Origin: Candidatus Micrarchaeota archaeon
GTDB lineage: Archaea > Micrarchaeota > Micrarchaeia > Micrarchaeales > Micrarchaeaceae
Direction of reading: 5' to 3'
NCBI GenBank assembly: GCA_027317945.1
Contig: DAHVQB010000001.1
Location: 9,348-73,347, forward strand
DNA length: 64,000 nt
A program made the translations under genes and the position numbers. The notes below the pieces were generated by a model. It did no database searches. It saw only the letters and a program-made list of their open reading frames with translations, and was not told where the DNA came from. Shown one piece after another: positions 57,475 through 64,000 of this stretch (within the stretch, counting starts at the first letter, position 1; the number at the start of each line of letters is the position of its first letter).

Positions 57475-59268
57475 TCACAATGCGAAAAGCAGTATCAGGG
57501 CAAGGAGCCCCATCATGAAAGCTGCTACGTAGAGGCTTGTCTGGCCGTTCTGCAGCTTCCTGAGGATAGTGCCTATCTTAACCAACCCCTTGCTGGAATA
57601 GTATAGCGCCATGTCGCAGTAATGGTCGAAGTGCCACACTATGTTGGCTATAAGCCCCACGAATGCCGTGAAGTGATTGTAGAAGCCGTTGATTTCTGCG
57701 CCGCTATTGGCGACACCGTGCAGTATCTCGTGCTTCTCTGTGAAGCCGCTGAGCTTCAGCTTTACATAAAGCATGTAAGCGATGGCGAATCCGATCACCA
57801 CGAGTATCGTCTCTATGATTGTATCTAGCAATGTTACAGATGCAGGCGCGCCGGGCAGAGGCAGGAGGTTTGTAAGAGTCACATAGAACACTGACCCTAT
57901 TATCACAAATGCAGCCAGTATTGTCGGCGGTATGAGCATGGACTTAGGCAGCGTCCTGTAGTTTATGTTGAGCGTGAATGCCTTTTCAAGGGGCGCTTTC
58001 CTCATCGGAACGAACAGCCACCTGAATATGTAGATGCTGCTCAGCAGGTCAACGATGGATAGCAGGATGTACAGAAGTATGTGTGGCAGCGATGAGAAAT
58101 TAGCAGCTGCGGAGTCGATGGCCACCTTACCGAAGAAGCCGCTGAGCGGGAACACCCCGGCCAGCGAGAGCGTGCCTATCACAGTAGTTATGAAAAGCCC
58201 TCTGTTCTTAGTCGAATTGAAGCTCTCGAAAAGGTCCTCTTCGTGGTCGCCGGCTGTCATGATGGAGCCTGCGCTCATGAACAGGAGCGCCTTGTAGAAT
58301 GCCTGCACGATGAATAGGAGCACTGCGGCGTAGAGCGCATTGAAGCCTATTGCTATGAACATCAGCGCGAGATCCTCTATCGTGGAATATGCAAGTATCC
58401 TCTTTATGTGGTGCTCGGACAGCGCGTTCAGGGCCCCCACCAGGGCGCTGACTATGCCGAAGATTATGAATATGCCAAGCATGTGGAGTTCAGCGTATAT
58501 GGGCGCCAGAACCAATATTAGGAACACTCCTGCCTTTACCATGGTAGATGAGTGAAGGAATGCGGACACCGGGGTAGGACCTTCCATGGCGTCTGCAAGC
58601 CACTCGGTGAACGGGAACTGCGCGGACTTGGTGAATGCTGCTACGGCGATCAGAAGCATAGCGGCGTAGAGCGCCGGTGTGACCGCAACGAAAGAGAGCG
58701 CGGAGAATTCGAACGTGTGGTAGGTGCTCCATATGAGCAGCATGCCGATGAGCATCGACACGTCGCCTATTATTATCGTGGTTATGGCCTTGCGCGCGGC
58801 TAGCTGTGCTTTTGGCTTGTGCTGCCAGAACCCTATGAGCAGGTAGCTTGTTATGCCCAGCATCTCCCATGCTATGAAAAGCGATATGAAGTTTGCGGAT
58901 ATTGAGAACAGCATCATCGAAGCCGCGAATATGCATATCTCGAAGTAATACCTGCCCTGCTCGGACGGGGTCTTTAGGTAGCCGAATGAATACGCGAAGA
59001 TGAGCGGGGCTATGAACGCCACTATGAGCAGCAGCATCATGTTCAGAGGCGCCGTTGTGGTCGTTATATGGAGGGCATACTGGCCCGCGGTGAACCATGT
59101 GAACGATTGAACGGCATTGGATGTCGTGAAAAACAGCAACGCTGCGATAAGAAGTGAGAGTAGGCTGCCCGCAAGCGCTATGTACTTCACGATGTCGGTC
59201 CTGGACCTGAGTATCAATGCTAGGAACGCGGCAATGATGAGCGGCACTATGACCAAAAGGGCTAGCAT
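57475..59268 (-). CDS. nuoL: Complex I subunit L
   Basis: WEMLGITSYLLIGFW, KSAQFPF..WLADAMEGPTPVSA, LQNGQ. Confidence 0.95.
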   Translation of the reverse strand: MLALLVIVPLIIAAFLALILRSRTDIVKYIALAGSLLSLLIAALLFFTTSNAVQSFTWFTAGQYALHITTTTAPLNMMLLLIVAFIAPLIFAYSFGYLKTPSEQGRYYFEICIFAASMMLFSISANFISLFIAWEMLGITSYLLIGFWQHKPKAQLAARKAITTIIIGDVSMLIGMLLIWSTYHTFEFSALSFVAVTPALYAAMLLIAVAAFTKSAQFPFTEWLADAMEGPTPVSAFLHSSTMVKAGVFLILVLAPIYAELHMLGIFIIFGIVSALVGALNALSEHHIKRILAYSTIEDLALMFIAIGFNALYAAVLLFIVQAFYKALLFMSAGSIMTAGDHEEDLFESFNSTKNRGLFITTVIGTLSLAGVFPLSGFFGKVAIDSAAANFSSLPHILLYILLSIVDLLSSIYIFRWLFVPMRKAPLEKAFTLNINYRTLPKSMLIPPTILAAFVIIGSVFYVTLTNLLPLPGAPASVTLLDTIIETILVVIGFAIAYMLYVKLKLSGFTEKHEILHGVANSGAEINGFYNHFTAFVGLIANIVWHFDHYCDMALYYSSKGLVKIGTILRKLQNGQTSLYVAAFMMGLLALILLFAL

Positions 59269-59269
59269 A

Positions 59270-59569
59270 TCAGTCCCTCAACCCGGAAAGGTTAGTTATA
59301 TCCATCGTTGATTCCTCCTTAAGCATGTATTGATAGAAAGCTATGAGTGCTATCACCTCAACAGCGGCTATCGCCCATATGGCGAAGAGCAGCAGGACTA
59401 TCTGTCCGTTTGCATAGTAGTAGAAGAAGCCCACGGCCAGGAGCGTGGCTGCAACAAGCATCACCTCCATCGAAAGTATTATCATAACGAAGTGCTTGCT
59501 GGATACCACTCCTGCGGCTCCTATGGCGAACACGAGCATCGCAAGCAATATTACTAATATAGGGATCAT
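59270..59569 (-). CDS. nuoK: Complex I subunit K
   Basis: LSMEVML and AIAAVE; three TM helices. Confidence 0.88.
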   Translation of the reverse strand: MIPILVILLAMLVFAIGAAGVVSSKHFVMIILSMEVMLVAATLLAVGFFYYYANGQIVLLLFAIWAIAAVEVIALIAFYQYMLKEESTMDITNLSGLRD

Positions 59570-60063
59570 TTATCAGCACCATGATGATGGACTTTGGCCA
59601 TCTTTATGAGGAGTATCGCACCTAGCGAAACCGCGAAAAGCAGCAGCATGATTATATAGAACACAGGCAGCCATGAAGAGAAGGTGCCGGCTATTCCGCT
59701 GGACTGCAGCACGTTGCTTGCAGGAGATGCAAACATGATTGAGATGAGCGGATATGAGAGCACGGCGAACATGACTATCGATAATGGTATTAGTATATTG
59801 ATTCTTGCGTGCTTGAAGCGAGCTAGACCTGGCGCTGCCACCCCTACGAATATGTAGACGGATATGCCCCCTATCATTATGAATATCTGGAAGGCGGCAA
59901 GCAGAGGCTGCGACAGGAATGCGAACATTAGCGAATTTATCGCAAAAACGGATGTCAGCGCTATGGCGGAATGCATGAGGTTCTTGAAGAAGAATATTGA
60001 ATAAGCAGCGAATACCTCAAGGACCGCTATTATTCCAAAAACCAATGTGTCTGGGCTGACCAT
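59566..60063 (-). CDS. nuoJ: Complex I subunit J
   Basis: NLMHSAIAL and AFQIFIMIGGI; operon position. Confidence 0.85.
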   Translation of the reverse strand: MVSPDTLVFGIIAVLEVFAAYSIFFFKNLMHSAIALTSVFAINSLMFAFLSQPLLAAFQIFIMIGGISVYIFVGVAAPGLARFKHARINILIPLSIVMFAVLSYPLISIMFASPASNVLQSSGIAGTFSSWLPVFYIIMLLLFAVSLGAILLIKMAKVHHHGADK

Positions 60064-60075
60064 TTAGACCACAAT

Positions 60076-60447
60076 TCATTCCAGATCCTCGGGCCTCTTT
60101 ACGTACTCCCTCCTGTCGTACTTGACAAAATCATAATCCTTTGTAAGGGAGAGGCATTTTGTTGGGCACACCTCTTCGCACAGGGCGCAATACAGGCATC
60201 GCTCCAGGTTTATCTCCGGCATCTTCTTCACACCCTTCTCCGTGTCAACATCTACCATAGTTATCGTCTGGTTCGGGCATATCCTTGCGCAGGCTGCGCA
60301 GCTTATGCATGTCTTCATGTCGAGTTTGTGCACGCCGCGGTAGTTGTCGGTAAGCTCCTCCTTCTCGTCGGGGTACTCGAGGGTGGCCGGCTTCTTGACC
60401 ATCTCCTTCATAACAGTCTCAATCGATTTGACTATCATTGTAATCAC
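60076..60447 (-). CDS. nuoI: Complex I subunit I (2x[4Fe-4S])
   Basis: TLEYP, YRGVH, CISCAACARICP, CLYCALCEEVCP. Confidence 0.95.
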   Translation of the reverse strand: MITMIVKSIETVMKEMVKKPATLEYPDEKEELTDNYRGVHKLDMKTCISCAACARICPNQTITMVDVDTEKGVKKMPEINLERCLYCALCEEVCPTKCLSLTKDYDFVKYDRREYVKRPEDLE

Positions 60448-60448
60448 T

Positions 60449-61498
60449 TCATTTTATGAACAATATGAACGTCACAAGAAGGTTCAACACGGCGAGCGGC
60501 ATCATGTACACCCACCCTATCCTTATGAGCCTGTCCAGGCGCATCCTGACCGTAGTTGCCCTTATCACTATTATGAACAGCGTAAATATAACAACCTTTA
60601 TCATGAGCCACACGAACGGCGGCAGGAAGCTCGGCCCAAGCCATCCGCCGAAGAATAGCACCACTATGAGCACGACGCCCGCGAGCATCCTTATGTAGTC
60701 GAGCAGCAGCACCAGGCTGTAGTATGGTGCGCTCACGTCAGTAAGCCAGCCGGCTATAAGCTCGCTGTCGGCCTCCCTTATGTCAAAAGGCGGCCTCTCT
60801 GTCTCCGCCAGCATCACTATGAAGAAGAGCACCGCCCCTATCGGCATGAGCACGAAGTACCATGTGCTGCTCTGCTGCGCCAACACGATGTTGGTTATGC
60901 TGAATCCACCGGCCAGGAGAGCCACAGTGGCGACCACGAGTATTAGCGGTATTTCGTAGCTGAGGAGCATTATGACTGACCTGGACGCAGCTATGGAGCC
61001 GAACTTGTTTCCGCTGGTCCATCCTGCCAGGAACACCAGTATCGGCACGACCGACACCAGAAGGAATACGACAACCAGGCTCAAGCTAGAGTTTATGGCC
61101 ACGAAGTTGGCCGTGAAAGGTATGAATGCAAGCATGACTACGAACGTAGCCACCATCATTGGTATCATCATCTGGAACAGGGGGTTGTCCGCCTCCTTCG
61201 GTATTATGTGCTCCTTTGTCACCAGCTTTATCAGATCGGCCAGGTTTTGCAGTATGCCGTATTTGCCCACGTAAGTCGGGCCGTGCCTCCTCTGCGCCCT
61301 TGCTATGAGCTTTCTCTCAAGCCATCCGAATATGTATGAGAAAAGGCTGAAGAATATTGAGAGGGCTATGGCGAATATGATTATGCCTATTATCATGGAT
61401 ATTATTGATGATAGCGTGGCGTTTGCCACAAGGTTTGAGACCAGAGGCTGTATCAAGTTGTATAGCTGATTTACAGTGCCAGAGCTTATTTGCACCAT
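60449..61498 (-). CDS. nuoH: Complex I subunit H
   Basis: ERKLIARAQRRHGP, GILQNLADLIK, SYEIP, AETERPPFD..EA.SEL. Confidence 0.95.
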   Translation of the reverse strand: MVQISSGTVNQLYNLIQPLVSNLVANATLSSIISMIIGIIIFAIALSIFFSLFSYIFGWLERKLIARAQRRHGPTYVGKYGILQNLADLIKLVTKEHIIPKEADNPLFQMMIPMMVATFVVMLAFIPFTANFVAINSSLSLVVVFLLVSVVPILVFLAGWTSGNKFGSIAASRSVIMLLSYEIPLILVVATVALLAGGFSITNIVLAQQSSTWYFVLMPIGAVLFFIVMLAETERPPFDIREADSELIAGWLTDVSAPYYSLVLLLDYIRMLAGVVLIVVLFFGGWLGPSFLPPFVWLMIKVVIFTLFIIVIRATTVRMRLDRLIRIGWVYMMPLAVLNLLVTFILFIK

Positions 61499-61574
61499 TT
61501 GACTGCGCCTTGTTCCTATCTTATTACATTCATCTTTTTATTGTTTTGTTATATTGGTTGTACTTCTGCTTCGT

Positions 61575-61800
61575 GCCTGCGAATCAGTTGAGATACGACA
61601 AAATGCGGATTATGCCGTGCGATTACAGTTGCGCTGCGGCATGGTCTATGGCGCCTCGGGCCGTCCTGCTATGGATTAAGCGGTTTGCGCCGTTTTATGC
61701 ACGGCTTTTGCCAAAGGCAGCGAACCTGCATCTGGATGTTTTGGCGATGCATTGGCTGGGCGCACAATGAGGAGGTATCCGTTAGTCCCAAGGCTCTGTT
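61575..61800 (+). ncRNA. Candidate unidentified structured RNA
   Basis: Several nested stems whose G-U pairs favour the + strand; AT-rich upstream region; T6 tract at 61799-61804. Confidence 0.35.
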
Positions 61801-61883
61801 TTTTATATATGCTCGGAAAAACAGTTATTTAGGCGATTATCGATGCGACCTTTGGTGCATTCGGGGACGCCGCAGTGTTAATT

Positions 61884-63140
61884 ATGTTGTTGGAATTCTT
61901 AGGGGGAGCCCAGGAAGTAGGCAGATCCGCCATATTCCTCAAGGACCAGAAATCCTTTATGCTGGACTATGGGGTAAAGCTTGACGAGAAGACGGAATAT
62001 CCGATAGGGCTGCCCAACGTTGATGCGTGCGTGGTAAGCCATGCACATTTGGACCATAGCGGATTCCTCCCAGGGGTGTACAATGAGCAGCTCGTGCCGA
62101 CATTCGGCACGCATCCTACACTGGAGCTTTCCAAGCTGCTGCTGGAAGACTCTCTGAGCATCGCCAAGAAGGAGCATCTGCAGCCCAAATTCCACAAGAG
62201 GCAGATAAGGACGTTCGAGAACAAGTTCGTGGGGCTCAACTACAACGCCACGCAGTCATTCGGCAACTATGATATAACCCTGCATGATGCTGGTCACATA
62301 GCCGGCAGCGCAATAACGCTGATAGAGAGACGGGATGCGCATGAGAACAAGAGGATAGTCTATACGGGAGACTTCAAGCTGCATGAGCAGCTGCTGCACA
62401 ATGGTGCGGATGTGGTTGAGTCGGATGTGCTCATAATGGAATCCACTTATGCCACCAGGCATCATCCCGATAGGGATGAACTGACGAGGAATTTCATCGA
62501 GGAGATAAACGGCGTATTGGAGGCAGGAGGCACTGCACTTGTCCCGGTGTTCGCGGTAGGCAGAAGCCAGGAGATATTGGCCATACTGCAGAAAAACGGG
62601 CTCGCAAGCGCCACATACGTAGACGGCATGGCAAGGACCGCGACCAAGATAGTCACGCGGCACCCCAAGTTCATCAGGAACCATAACCTGCTGAGCGGCG
62701 GCCTCAGGGAATCGACGCTCATAGAGGATGCCGGCACCAGGAAGGAGGCGCTTAGCGGACCGTCCATAATACTCACTACAGCAGGCATGCTTAACGGCGG
62801 GCCGGTGCTTCACTACATCAACAGGCTGAACGAGAACTCGAAGATAATACTGACAGGCTATCAGGTTGAGGGGACGAACGGCAGGAGGCTCCTCGAGGGT
62901 AAGAGCATATTTATAGACGAGATGGAGGTAAATATACGCACACCGGTAAGTTTTTATGATTTCTCAGCTCATGCAGGGATGAACGAGCTCTATGAGTACG
63001 TGAATAAAAGCTCGCCGAACGTCGTTGTGTGCGTGCATGGCGACAAGGGCAACGCGGAGGCGCTCGCGGATACGCTTAGGGGCGAGGGCTTTGAGGCGCA
63101 TGCGCCAAAGGTCGGCGACACAATAAAGCTTGGTGATTGA
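61884..63140 (+). CDS. Beta-CASP metallo-beta-lactamase ribonuclease
   Basis: GGAQEVGRS, SHAHLDHSG, AGHIAGS, YTGD, FAVGRSQE, GYQ..GT.G, FSAH, VHG. Confidence 0.92.
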   Translation: MLLEFLGGAQEVGRSAIFLKDQKSFMLDYGVKLDEKTEYPIGLPNVDACVVSHAHLDHSGFLPGVYNEQLVPTFGTHPTLELSKLLLEDSLSIAKKEHLQPKFHKRQIRTFENKFVGLNYNATQSFGNYDITLHDAGHIAGSAITLIERRDAHENKRIVYTGDFKLHEQLLHNGADVVESDVLIMESTYATRHHPDRDELTRNFIEEINGVLEAGGTALVPVFAVGRSQEILAILQKNGLASATYVDGMARTATKIVTRHPKFIRNHNLLSGGLRESTLIEDAGTRKEALSGPSIILTTAGMLNGGPVLHYINRLNENSKIILTGYQVEGTNGRRLLEGKSIFIDEMEVNIRTPVSFYDFSAHAGMNELYEYVNKSSPNVVVCVHGDKGNAEALADTLRGEGFEAHAPKVGDTIKLGD

Positions 63141-63152
63141 ATAGGCATAATC

Positions 63153-63806
63153 GTGATATCGCTCGGGGGCAGCGTGGTAAGCCAGGAAAAACTGCTGAAC
63201 ACCGCTTTCCTGCGCAACTTCTCCAAGCTGATAAAATCAGAGACCAAGAACAACAGGTTCATAATAACGTGCGGAGGCGGCTATGTAAGCAAGCAGTATG
63301 TGAATGCGGCGAGCGAGTTCACGAAATCCAACTACACCAAGGACCGGATAGCCATAGCAACCACCAGGATGAACGCGCTGCTCGTATGCGCTTCCTTCGG
63401 GGAGGATGCGGTAGTGGCGAATGGCATCGATTCGGCTGCAGAGCTTATCAAGCACAACAATGTAGTGGTGCTTGGCGGCATAATGCCTGGTATAACTACC
63501 GACTCAGTTGCAGCCCTTTCCGCAGAAGCCGCTGATGCCAAGCTCCTTATCAACGTAAGCAGAGTGGGCGGCATATACGAAGAGCACCACAAGAACAAGG
63601 TAATGCCAAAGATGACTTATAACACCCTGATAGAATACGGCACCAGGCATGACCAGAGGGTCGCACGCTCCAATTTCATATTCGACATAGTCGCGTGCAA
63701 GCTGGCCAAGAGAGCCGGAATAAAACTGCATTTCATAGGCATGGGAATCTCTGACCTTAAGAAGGCAATAGCGGACACATCGCACAGCGGCACCGTCGTA
63801 TCTTGA
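63153..63806 (+). CDS. pyrH: Uridylate kinase (archaeal)
   Basis: ISLGGSV, GGG, D.IAIA.TRMNA, PGITTDSVAA; true start may lie a few codons upstream. Confidence 0.9.
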   Translation: MISLGGSVVSQEKLLNTAFLRNFSKLIKSETKNNRFIITCGGGYVSKQYVNAASEFTKSNYTKDRIAIATTRMNALLVCASFGEDAVVANGIDSAAELIKHNNVVVLGGIMPGITTDSVAALSAEAADAKLLINVSRVGGIYEEHHKNKVMPKMTYNTLIEYGTRHDQRVARSNFIFDIVACKLAKRAGIKLHFIGMGISDLKKAIADTSHSGTVVS

Positions 63807-63848
63807 TTTTACATTGTTGACTACCATGCAAAAGAAGGGCGCTATCAA

Positions 63849-64000
63849 TTGTCGGCCAACGCCAAGGCGCTGATAGTAATATCACTTTTGATAGACGCAG
63901 CGGTGTTCCTGACGTTTGCTCATTATTATCCGATGCTGCCGAACACTGTAGCAACGCATTATGGAGCAAGCGGCGCGCCCGCTTCGTATGGACCCAAGAC
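63849..64000 (+). CDS. DUF1648/SdpI-like membrane protein (3'-partial)
   Basis: TM helix then YPMLPNTVATHYGASGAPASYGPK. Confidence 0.6.
   Translation, partial: MSANAKALIVISLLIDAAVFLTFAHYYPMLPNTVATHYGASGAPASYGPK

Noticed and set aside
61575..61800. SRP (7S) RNA
   Set aside because: Helix-8 motif (CAGG..GGAA..AGCA) not found on either strand
63138..63152. TGA read-through fusing the beta-CASP RNase to PyrH (same frame)
   Set aside because: Both proteins are complete on their own and no recoding signal is visible
276..63969. Numerous antisense and alternate-frame ORFs in the track
   Set aside because: Shadow ORFs of well-supported genes with no recognisable motifs

Overview
Archaeal genomic DNA. 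The gene content, the non-canonical tRNA introns and the GGTGA-type ribosome-binding sites fit a DPANN lineage such as Micrarchaeota, but this is inference. The window is mostly housekeeping genes: aglB, pelota, trm1, cca, thermosome, tmk/adk/cmk, rpl34e/14e/41e, mre11, prefoldin, Lhr, histone, thrS, secY, srp54, pyrH and a split 11-subunit complex I (nuoABCD plus nuoHIJKLMN). It also carries three tRNAs (two with T-loop introns), a compact RNase P RNA and three IS200/IS605 remnants. The least explained elements are: (1) a three-gene insert encoding a propeptide-less proteasome-beta-like Ntn protein with a coiled-coil tail, an ankyrin protein and a small Cys/His protein; (2) a stand-alone single-repeat TBP; (3) a DUF106/EMC3 insertase with a duplicated extracellular domain; (4) a membrane-anchored G1-like glutamic protease; (5) a probable structured ncRNA upstream of nuoH; (6) several micro-ORFs missing from the ORF track. 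All product calls come from motifs recognised by eye; no searches were run.
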